Positions 52,623 through 64,000 of a DNA stretch of 64,000 nucleotides are shown one piece after another. The position numbers and the translations under genes were made by a program. Under the pieces are notes generated by a model. It was not told the origin of the DNA and did no database searches. It worked only from the letters and a program-made list of their open reading frames with translations. How positions within the stretch are numbered: the stretch's first letter is position 1; each line of letters starts with the position of its first letter. This DNA is from Eledone cirrhosa (Eukaryota). Location: assembly GCA_964016885.1 (NCBI GenBank), contig OZ024748.1, positions 34,906,001-34,970,000 of the forward strand, given 5' to 3'.

Positions 52623-52686
52623 GTATATATATACATATATATATATATACATATATACATATATATATATATACATATATACATAC

Positions 52687-52719
<33 letters not shown>

Positions 52720-52782
52720 GTCACTGTGTGACCTCTTCAGTGACTGGGGATTCCTATCTTTGTTTCTGTGCCTCTCCTTTGT

Positions 52783-54428
52783 TCTGTCCTACGCCATTTT
52801 ACGGGGGTATTTTGTTAGAGATGCCTACTGGTTGTAGTAGGTTTTACTATGTATTTAGGTAAGGCGGGTCTTCTCTGTTACTGAGTACCGCCAAAGGTCT
52901 CGGTCCAGTGACATTGTCTTGGAGAGGTGTAAGTGTGTGAGGTCAGAGTTTATCAGCTCGTCCCAGGTTTTTCTAGGTCTGCCTATTCCGTGGCTACCGT
53001 CTATCTTTATTGCCCTGCACTTTGTTATAAAGCTATCGACTTTCATGCGCATCACGTGTCCATACCAACGTAGCCTTCTCTCGAGTAAACAACATCTGAT
53101 CCCTCTTATTTCTAATTTTTTCCTTAGTTCGTTTATGCTTTGCCGTTCACGTATATTACTGTTACACATCCAGCGGAGCATGCAAGCTTCGTTCCTCTCT
53201 AGTCTGCGTATATCCTCTGCACACAATGCCCAGGTCTCACTGCCATGCAGCATTGCTGTTCGTATGCAGGCATCGTACAACCTGCCTTTCATTTTTAGGG
53301 AGAACCCTTTAGCGGCTAATAGTGGTATAAGCTCTCTGAACTTTTTCCAACCAGTTCTGACTCTAGCTACTTTACTTTCAGAGCACCCTCCCCCACTGCT
53401 GATTTTATCACCCAGGTTACGGAAGCTGTCCGCTATTTCTATAGAACCCTCTGCGCAATTGAAAGAGCTAGTATTTTGTGGGCACTTGCTGCTACTTATT
53501 GCACCAGAGCACCGGCCACATGTAAAATCTATGTTCTTAGTTAGCTTACCTGTGATCCCACTACATCTTTTATGCACCCATACTTTGCATTTAGGACATA
53601 AAATGGAGTTTCTACCTACGCCTTTCCTACACACTGAGCATGGCCATTTCCCTGAAGGGACCGCCGCCTTATTTTCTTTCCTACAAACTAGAACTTTAGT
53701 CTTAGCCAGGTTAATTTTAAGGCCTTTTGATTCTAGGCCGTGCTTCCATGTTTGGAATTTCTTCTCTAGTTCGGTCATTGATTCAGCTATGAGCGTTAGA
53801 TCATCTGCGTATAGGAGTTCCCATGGGCAGCCAGTCTTGAACTCCTCTGTTATAGCCTGAAGGGCAATAATAAATAGGAGGGGGCTAAGGATGGAGCCCT
53901 GATGAACACCAACTTTTACGCTAAACTCTTCACTATATTCGTTGTTAATTCTAACCTTGCTGACTGTTTCTTTATACATGACTTGTATAGCCCTCACAAG
54001 CCATTCATCAACACCTAGTTTTCTAAGAGCCCACCAGATAGTGGAACGGGGGACTCTGTCGAAGGCTTTCTCCAAGTCGACGAAAGCTAAGTATAGGGGT
54101 TTACTTTTAGCTAGGTACTTCTCCTGTAGTTGTCGTAAAATGAAAAGAGCGTCTGTGGTACTTTTGCCTGACACAAACCCGAACTGCATTTCATCTAGAT
54201 CAATTCTCTCTCTGATTAGTTGCGCTATTACTTTTTCCGTGACCTTCATGACCTGGTCGATTAATTTAATGCCTCTATAGTTACTCCTATCTAGGGCATC
54301 TCCTTTTCCCTTATAGCAGTTAACGATGATGCTGCTATGCCAGTCCTTCGGAACAACCCCATTCTGTACGACTTGGTTAACTATCCGGGTGACATGGTGT
54401 GTCCCACCGAACCAGATGCCTTCAGCAT
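52783..54428 (-). mobile_element. RTE LINE copy truncated at both ends (RT half)
   Basis: ORF 52855-54249 is nearly identical to the C-terminal half of the 49011 ORF. Most of the 3' UTR is missing. Confidence 0.95.
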
Positions 54429-54452
54429 ATATATATATATATTCATATATAT

Positions 54453-54483
<31 letters not shown>

Positions 54484-54545
54484 AATATATATATATATTT
54501 ATATATATATATATATATTCATATATTTATATATATATATATATA

Positions 54546-54579
<34 letters not shown>

Positions 54580-54599
54580 TATATATATATATATATATA

Positions 54600-54649
<50 letters not shown>

Positions 54650-54660
54650 TATATATATAT

Positions 54661-54857
54661 ATGTGGTTGGTGTTAGGAAGGGCATCCAGCTGTAGAAAAC
54701 CCGCCAGACAGTCCACGCTGCAATGTGGCCGTGTAGGCAACACGGCAAAAACCTCCCAGCCCCACACTGCAAATGTGGTTGGTGTTAGGAAGGGCATCCA
54801 ACTGTAGAAAACCCGCCAGACAGTCCCATGCGAGCAAGACAACCACTCCTGCCTCAT
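54661..54857 (+). mobile_element. Solo RTE 3'-UTR fragment with internal tandem duplication
   Basis: ATGTGGTTGGTGTTAGGAAGGGCATCC...AGACAGTCC occurs twice about 112 bp apart, embedded in (TA)n. Confidence 0.8.
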
Positions 54858-54867
54858 GTATATATAT

Positions 54868-57800
54868 ATCATCATCATCATCATCATCAACGTTTAACGT
54901 CCGTGTTCCACGCTTGCATGGGTTTGGACGGGGGAAGTCCCACTTGAGGCAAGAGTGATTGTCTTGCTCGCATAGGACTGTCTGGCAGGTTTTCTACAGT
55001 TGGGTGCCCTTCCTAACACCAACCACATTTACAGTGTGGGTCTGGGAGGTTTTTACCGTGTTGCCTACACGGCGACATTACAGCGTGGACTGTGTGTTTT
55101 TTTGTCGTGACACCTACACGATCTCATTTGTTTCGGCCTGGATGGCGCGGCACCAACATAACTTTACATAGAACGGGGTGGTGTGGATGGGGTGGGGGTG
55201 GTGGTGGTGGGACGGGGTGTATTTTGTTAGAGATGCCTACTGGCTGGAGTAGGTTTTACTATATATTTAGGTAAGGCGTGTCTTCTCTGTTACTGAGTAC
55301 CGCCAAAGGTCTCGGTCCAGTGACATTGTCTTGGAGAGGTGTAAGTGTGTGATGTCGGAGTTTATCAGCTCGTCCCAGGTTTTTCTAGATCTGCCTATTC
55401 CGTGACTACCGTCTATCTTTATTGCCCTGCACTTTGTTATACAGCTATCGACTTTCATGCGCATCACGTGTCCATACCAACGTAGCCTTCTCTCGAGTAA
55501 ACAACATCTGATCCCTCTTATCTCTAATTTTTTCCTTAGTTCGTTTATGCTTTGCCGTTCACGTATATTACTGTTACACATCCAGCGGAGCATGCAAGCT
55601 TCGTTCCTCTCCAGTCTGCGTATATCCTCTGCACACAATGCCCAGGTCTCACTGCCATGCAACATTGCTGTTCGTATGCAGGCATCGTACAACCTGCCTT
55701 TCATTTTTAGGGAGAACCCTTTAGCAGCTAATAGTGGTATAAGCTCTCTGAACTTTTTCCAACCAGTTCTGACTCTAGCTACAGTACTTCCAGAGCACCC
55801 TCCCCCACTGCTGATTTTATCGCCCAGGTAACGGAAGCTGTCCACTATTTCTATAGAACCCTCTGCGCAATTGAAAGAGCTAGTATTTTGTGGGCACTTG
55901 CTGCTACTTATTGCACCAGAACACCGGCCACATGTAAAATCTATGTTCTTAGTTAGCTTACCTGTGACCCCACTACATCTTTTATGCACCCATACTTTGC
56001 ATTTAGGACATAAAATGGAGTTTCTACCTACGCCTTTCCTACACACCGAGCACGACCATTTCCCAGAAGGGACTGCCGCCTTGTTTTCTTTCCTACAAAC
56101 TAGAACTTTGGTCTTAGCCAGGTTAATTTTAAGTCCTTTTGACTCTAGGCCGTGCTTCCATGTTTGGAATTTCTTCTCTAGCTCGGCCATTGATTCCGCT
56201 ATGAGTGTCAGGTCGTCTGCGTATAGGAGTTCCCATAGGCAGCCTGTCTTGAACTCCTCTGTTATAGCCTGAAGGGCAATAATAAATAGTAGGGGGCTGA
56301 GAACAGAGCCCTGATGGACGCCAACTTTTACGCTAAACTCTTCACTATATTCGTTGTTAATTCTAACCTTGCTGACTGTTTCTTTATACATGGCTTGTAT
56401 AGCCCTCACAAGCCATTCGTCAACGCCTAGTTTTCTAAGAGCCCACCAGATAATGGAGCGGGGGACTCTGTCGAAGGCTTTCTCCAAGTCGACAAAAGCT
56501 AAGTCGACAAAAGCTAAGTAGAGGGGTTTACCTTTAGCTAGGTACTTCTCCTGTAGTTGTCGTACTATGAAAAGAGCGTCTGTGGTACTTTTGCCTGACA
56601 CAAACCCGAACTGCATTTCATCTAGGTCAATTCTCTCTGATTAGTTGCGCTATTACTTTTTCCGTGACCTTCATGACCTGGTCGATTAATTTAATGCCTC
56701 TATAGTTACTCCTATCTAGGGCGTCTCCTTTACCCTTATAACAGTTAACGATGATGCTGCTATGCCAGTCCTTCGGAACAACCCCATTCTGTACGACTTG
56801 GTTAACTATGCGGGTGACCATGGTGTGTCCCACCGTGCCAGATGCCTTCAGCATCTCAGCAACTATTTCCGAAGGCCCAGCCGCCTTACCCGTCTTCATA
56901 TCCTTGATTGCCTTACTTATTATACTCCCCTCGACTAACACTGCTGGTCCCTCTATTGGGTCGATATGGGGGAGACTGTCTTTCTCCCATTTATTCTCCT
57001 CATTTAGTAGCCTTTCATAGTGACACTTCCAAGCTACCTTCTTATCAGTGTCGGTGATGGCAAGTATGCCATCATCGTTAAGTACACACTTCTCCCCGAC
57101 AATATCACGGTTTTCCTTGACGCATTGCCTAGCAATCCTGAACACCTCACGTTTTTGGTCATCGCGTTGTAGAACTTGCTTGAACTTTCTTTCCTCAGCT
57201 TCCCTTCTTGCTAAGTACACTTCTCTCCTAGCTTCCCTCCTGGCCACTTGATAGTCTACTCTACTTCCCCCATCCCGCCATACTTTCCAAGCCTGCTTTT
57301 TGGCCTTAATTGACCCCTCCACCTTACTGTTCCACCACCATGTTACTCTCCTCCTGCCTACAGGCCTGCTCCAGCCACAGACTTCGTCTGTCGCCAACAG
57401 CAGGTTTGCTTTCAGAAATTCCCACTGTCCCTCTATATTGTCCGACTCTAAATGTTCTTCCTTACTGTCGAAAGCATCAAGTAATATGCTTTGAAATTTA
57501 TTTCTGGCTGTGGGGTCCTTTAGCTTCCATATTTTTCTCCTGAGGATAGTCCTCTTCTGCTGTCGAGTACGTCTCGTCCTGACTATGAGGTCGCTAATTA
57601 TCAGTCTATGTTGGGAGGTGCATTCTTCATGGGGGAGGGATTTAGTGTTTACAACAGACACTCTGTCACGTCTTCTGGTAAGGATATAATCTACCTGGCT
57701 TGTGTGTTCCCCGGATCTATAGGTGATCAGGTGATTGTCACGTTTTTTGAAGTTAGTGTTACAGATAGTTAGGTTATTTGCATCACAGAATTCCAGGATT

Positions 57801-58683
57801 CTGGAGCCTTCCTCATTTCTAGTACCAAACCCATAGCCTCCATGGATTTCGTCGTAGCCGTCACAATGTTGTCCAACGTGACCATTTAGGTCGCCTGCAA
57901 TAATTATATAGTCACTGTCAGATATTTGGGAGGTAGTTAGCAACAGTGTCTCATAGAATCTGTCTTTTATAGTGCCGGGCAGTCCGGATTGGGGTGCGTA
58001 CGCAGATATTACTGTCACCGTAGTTCTATTGAGGACAAGTCGTATTTTAATTATTCTGTCGTTCACTCTATTTACGTCTATTATCTTATCTGCCCACTTT
58101 TCTGCTACCATGATTCCTACTCCACCCAGCCCATCGTCGTTTCCCACCCAGAAAAGCTTATAACATCGTTTTTTACCCTCAATGAATCTAGCAGACCCAC
58201 CCCTCCACCTGGTCTCTTGAATACAACAAACATCGACCTCCTTACGTTCAAGCATTTCTACAACCTCGTTAGCGCGACCCTTTAGGGTGCCTACATTTAT
58301 GGTACCAACTCTGAAGTTTTGGATTGCGTTTGGAGGGTGGGGGCGGGGGGAGATGGGGTTATGTTAGCCATCCGCGGATGAAACAAAGAGGAGTGCTTGC
58401 ATTCTCGTCCACGAGGTGAATTTGACTTTAACTTTGGCATTTTCGCTCTGAGCGTCTAGATTTTTCTCTCCCTTCCACTCTCCAGGATTCCGCAGTCCGT
58501 CCATCCATCCATCATATATCGAAGGCAACCGGGCAAGCGATAGTATAGGCCTCTGGCTTATGATTGGTCCGCGTAATAATAATAATGGTGATGCGTGGGG
58601 GGCGGGGGGGCTCTGGCTTATAATAATAGTGGTGATGCGTGGGGGTGGGGCTCTGGCTTATGATTGGTCCACGTATTAAGAAT
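54868..58683 (-). mobile_element. Full-length RTE LINE, frameshifted at about 56630 and with a 15-bp duplication (LAFVD-LAFVD)
   Basis: ORFs 56627-58255 and 55267-56616 together match the 49011 ORF. (GAT)n tail at 54868, CCAAT-repeat 5' UTR at 58545-58683. Confidence 0.95.
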
Positions 58684-58685
58684 AG

Positions 58686-59669
58686 TATACATATATATAT
58701 GTATATATATATACATATATGTATATATATATACATATGTATATGTATATATATATACATATATATATATGTATATGTATATATATATACATATATATAT
58801 GTATATATATACATATATATATGTATATATATACATATATATATGTATACATATATATATGTATATATATACATATATATATGTATATATATATATATAT
58901 ATACATATATATATGTATATATATATATATACATACATATATATATATGTATATATATATACATACATATATATATATGTATATGTATATATATATACAT
59001 ATATATATGTATATATATAATATATATACATACATATATATGTATATATATATGTATATATACATACATATATATATATGTATATATATATGTATATATA
59101 TATACATATATATATGTATATATATATACATATATATATGTATATATATATATATATATATACATACATATATATATATGTATATATATATACATATATA
59201 TATGTATATACTATATATATACATACATACATATATATGTATAATATATATACATATATATGTATATATATATACATATATATGTATATATATATACATA
59301 TATATATGTATATATATATATACATACGTATATATATGTATATATATATACATACATATATATATATGCATATATATATACATATATATATGTATATATA
59401 TATACATATATATATGTATATATATATATACATATATACATACGTATATATATGTATATATATATACATACATATATATATATGCATATATATATACATA
59501 TATATATGTATATATATATACATATATATATGTATATATATATATACATACATATATATGTATATATATATACATATATATGTATATATATATACATATA
59601 TATATGTATATATATATATACATACATATATATGTATATATATATACATATATATGTATATATATATAC

Positions 59670-59700
<31 letters not shown>

Positions 59701-59810
59701 TACGTATATATATGTATGTATATATATATATACATATACATACGTATATATATGTATATATATATATATACATATATATGTATATATATATATATATATA
59801 CATATATATG

Positions 59811-59846
<36 letters not shown>

Positions 59847-60244
59847 TATATATGTATATATATATATACATATATATGTATATATATATATACATATATA
59901 TGTATATATATATATACATATATATGTATATATACATATATATATGTATATATATATATACATACATATATATATGTATATATATATACATATATATATG
60001 TATATATATATACATATATATATGTATATATATATATACATACATATATATATGTATATATATATACATATATATATGTATATATATATATACATACATA
60101 TATATATGTATATATATATACATATATATGTATATGTATATATATATACATATATATATGTATATATATATATACATACATATATATATGTATATATATA
60201 TACATATATATATGTATATATATATATACATACATATATATATG

Positions 60245-60297
<53 letters not shown>

Positions 60298-60369
60298 GTA
60301 TATATATATACATATATATGTATATATATATATGTATATATATATACATATATATGTATATATATATAC

Positions 60370-60402
<33 letters not shown>

Positions 60403-60463
60403 TACTTAAATATGTATATATATATATACATATATATATGTGTATATATATATGTATATATAT
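58686..60463. repeat. 1.8-kb (TA)n microsatellite with TG and CA interruptions
   Basis: Direct inspection. Confidence 0.99.
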
Positions 60464-60761
60464 ATAAAAACAAATAACGAAACGAAATTAAATTTCGTTT
60501 CGTTTGTAACTCACTTTTGTATGACTGACGCTCAAACAATTAAGTCAAAGATGTACATCCATATATGTATACTGAAATACTAGTATGTATATGAATACAC
60601 ACACGTATACATATGTAGATGTACCAAGTTTTTTTTCACTGATCACTTTACTGTGAGTGGCCAGCTATTCTGTATGTAAACACACAGACAAACCGGTTTT
60701 TAGAGTCATACTGGTTTTTGAGGAAACACCTTTCCTCTATTCTCCAGAAAGCCAGACAAGG

Positions 60762-60806
60762 AATATTGAACTAGTTTCGTTGTTGTTACAACTCATCAGC
60801 AATATT
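60762..60806 (-). ncRNA. Type I minimal hammerhead ribozyme (family D)
   Basis: Reverse complement of 61515-61559. Confidence 0.85.
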
Positions 60807-61230
60807 TACCTATCTTCCGGCCTCTCTAGAGAATCGTAAAAGCACATATCGCTATATGCTTTTTCTATGAAAATTAGTAGTGGGCAGACCAACTTGCATA
60901 GAGTGTGAGTAAGTACCGGTTCAACGGAGACGATAAAAACAAATAACGAAACGAAATTAAATTTTGTTTCGTTTGTAACTCACTTTTGTATGACTGACGC
61001 TCAAACAATTAAGTCAAAGATGTACATCCATATATGTATACTGAAATACTAGTATGTATATGAATACACACACGTATACATATGTAGATGTACCAAGTTT
61101 TTTTTCACTGATCACTTTACTGTGAGTGGCCAGCTATTCTGTATGTAAACACACAGACAAACCGGTTTTTAGAGTCATACTGGTTTTTGAGGAAACACCT
61201 TTCCTCTATTCTCCAGAAAGCCAGACAAGG

Positions 61231-61275
61231 AATATTGAACTAGTTTCGTTGTTGTTACAACTCATCAGCAATATT
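61231..61275 (-). ncRNA. Type I minimal hammerhead ribozyme (family D)
   Basis: Identical motif exactly 469 bp from the 60762 copy. Confidence 0.85.
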
Positions 61276-61514
61276 TACCTATCTTCATATATGGATGTAC
61301 ATCTTTGACTTAATTGTTTGAGCGTCAGTCATACAAAAGTGAGTTACAAACGAAACGAAATTTAATTTCGTTTCGTTATTTGTTTTTATCGTCTCCGTGA
61401 ACCGGTACTTACTCACACTCTATGCAAGTTGGTCTGCCCACTACTAATTTTCATAGAAAAAGCATATAGCGATATGTGCTTTTACGATTCTCTAGAGAGG
61501 CCGGAAGATAGGTA

Positions 61515-61559
61515 AATATTGCTGATGAGTTGTAACAACAACGAAACTAGTTCAATATT
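61515..61559 (+). ncRNA. Type I minimal hammerhead ribozyme (family D)
   Basis: AATATTG-CTGATGA-GTTG taacaa CAAC-GAAA-CTAG-TT-CAATATT: stem I, core, 4-bp stem II and palindromic ACTAGT stem III. Confidence 0.87.
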
Positions 61560-61784
61560 CCTTGTCTGGCTTTCTGGAGAATAGAGGAAAGGTGTTTCCT
61601 CAAAAACCAGTATGACTCTAAAAACCGGTTTGTCTGTGTGTTTACATACAGAATAGCTGGCCACTCACAGTAAAGTGATCAGTGAAAAAAAAACTTGGTA
61701 CATCTACATATGTATACGTGTGTGTATTCATATACATACTAGTATTTCAGTATACATATATGGATGTACATCTTTGACTTAATT

Positions 61785-62246
<462 letters not shown>

Positions 62247-63822
62247 ATTTCATTTCATTTCATTTCATTTGAGTTTGAGTCCATGCTCAGGCCAAGTCGA
62301 AGACTCCACCCTCAGAGTCTGGTGTGGTTGCCAGGTTGGATTCTCTGTTTAATTTTGACATGTGTAGGAGCGAGTTTGAGTCAGTTGTGCTCGTTGTGTA
62401 TATCCTGGGAGATGGGGTTCATCTCTAATGGTGCTTAAGTATCTATCCAGCTGCAATTTGAATGATTCCACACTGCATCCTGATAGATTTCTGACATGTA
62501 CCTGAATGGAGTTGAATAGTTGTGCCCCTCGAACCAACAGACTTGACTCTCGCAGGGTTTTTGCTGCCTGGCCAGCCTTTTTGTTGATTGGTGGTAGCTG
62601 GCAGCATCTTCCGTGGCGCAGTGAGTGGTAGGTTTTGATACCAATGTTTGGCACCTTTTGCTCTATCATTTTCCAAATGTATATAATTCGGTATCGCTCA
62701 AATCTTCTTTCTATTGAGTACATCTTCAAGGTTTTGAGTCTTTGCCAATAGTCCAGGTCCCTCGTTTCTGAGAAGTATGAGGTAAAATTTCTTTGGAGCG
62801 ATTCCATCTTAGATAGTTGGCCCTTTGTTGTTGGTGACCACAACTGAGAACAGTAGTCAATCCTCGGAAGTATCATACTGTTCCAGAGGGTTTTCATTGT
62901 TGAGGTATCTCTTGATTTGAAGGTGCGCAAGATCCACCCGCTGTACTTTCTTGCAGTAAGACAGACTGAGTCAAGGTGTTCTCTGAATTTTAGGCTGGTT
63001 CCCATGTGGATGCCTAAATCTTTCACACACTGTTTTTCCATTATTTGTTGTCCTGATGGGTTTCTGTAGTTTGTTGTATTTTTCAGATCTTGATCTGTTC
63101 CGTAGCGAATTAGTTCAAACTTCTTATCATTGAACAACATGTTGTTTGTTTCCTGCCATTTGTATATGGTGGTTAGGTCCTTTTGTAAGGCCTCTGTATC
63201 CACCTTGTCTTTGATTTGTCTCATGACCCTGGTGTCATCAGCAAAGGATGAGACGTTGCTGGTTGTATCTTCATCTATGTCAGAGATGAGGATGAGAAAC
63301 AGGATCGGGCCGAGTACTGTACCCTGAGGAACACTGCTGGTCACAGGTGATGGTGTTGAATGGGTTCCATTCACAGTGACTGTTTGAGTTCTATTTGTAA
63401 GGAACTCATGTATCCATGTACCAACTTTTCCTCTTACTCCTAGCTTTCGAAGTTTGTGTCCCAGGATGCCATGATCTACCTTGTCAAATGCCTTGGCAAA
63501 GTCGAGGTAAATAACATCTGTGTTGTATCCATTCTCTAGATTTTCTAGGATTTGGTCATGGTGTGCCAGTAGTTGGGAAAGACATGATCTACCTAACCTG
63601 AATCCATGCTGATTGCAATTCATCAGATTGTTGGATTCCAGGAACTCAACCAGTTTTCCACGAACTATTCTTTGAAGACCTTGATAATGTGTGATGTCAG
63701 TGAGATTGGTCGGTAGTTCTTTGGTTTTGATTTGCTGTCCCCTTTATGTATTGGAGTTATGTGTGCTTCTTTATATGTATTTGGTATTTTGCCATTCTCC
63801 ATAGATTCCTTCCATATCATGT
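62247..63822 (-). mobile_element. 5'-truncated CR1-type LINE with (GAAAT)n tail; RT ORF at 62349-63623
   Basis: [64 protein letters not shown]. Frameshift near 63670. Confidence 0.92.

Positions 63823-64000
<178 letters not shown>

Larger units (their letters stand above)
60464..61784. mobile_element. Non-coding 469-bp hammerhead repeat (retrozyme-like): 1.75 tandem units plus an inverted, circularly permuted 1.06 units
   Basis: 60464-60932 is repeated at 60933-61286. 61287-61784 is an inverted copy with about 29 bp of terminal redundancy. Confidence 0.85.

Noticed and set aside
51176-58285. Antisense ORFs over the RTE copies (e.g. 52919-53860, 313 aa)
   Set aside because: These are shadow frames of the RT coding strand; their lengths vary between copies and they have no motifs.
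60657-61664. Thrice-repeated 60-aa ORF MASYSVCKHTDK...
   Set aside because: It starts at GTG, lies antisense to the hammerhead and has no recognisable motif. It recurs only because the 469-bp unit does.

Overview
AT-rich animal genomic DNA. The SINE, RTE and (TA)n landscape suggests an octopod or other cephalopod, but that is inference. Two host genes face away from each other. The first three coding exons of an SLC25A39/40 mitochondrial carrier are on the minus strand (ATG at 31127), and the first coding exon of a TSPAN13/31 tetraspanin is on the plus strand (ATG at 44532). Positions 1-27132 are a 22-bp minisatellite (GGATGGTAGACAGGAGTTACAT) with kb-scale higher-order structure, apparently inside an SLC25A39/40 intron. 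The rest is mostly mobile DNA: a Naiad-type Penelope-like element, a dead IR/DR Tc1, several RTE LINEs (including an apparently intact copy facing an inverted near-identical one), a CR1-type LINE, SINEs, MITEs and long (TA)n tracts. The least obvious signal is ten hammerhead-ribozyme motifs (one split by an RTE insertion) in four sequence families, mostly in head-to-head fold-back insertions anchored in (TA)n. One family is a non-coding, highly structured, circularly permuted 469-bp repeat (60464-61784) that looks like a retrozyme copied from a circular RNA.
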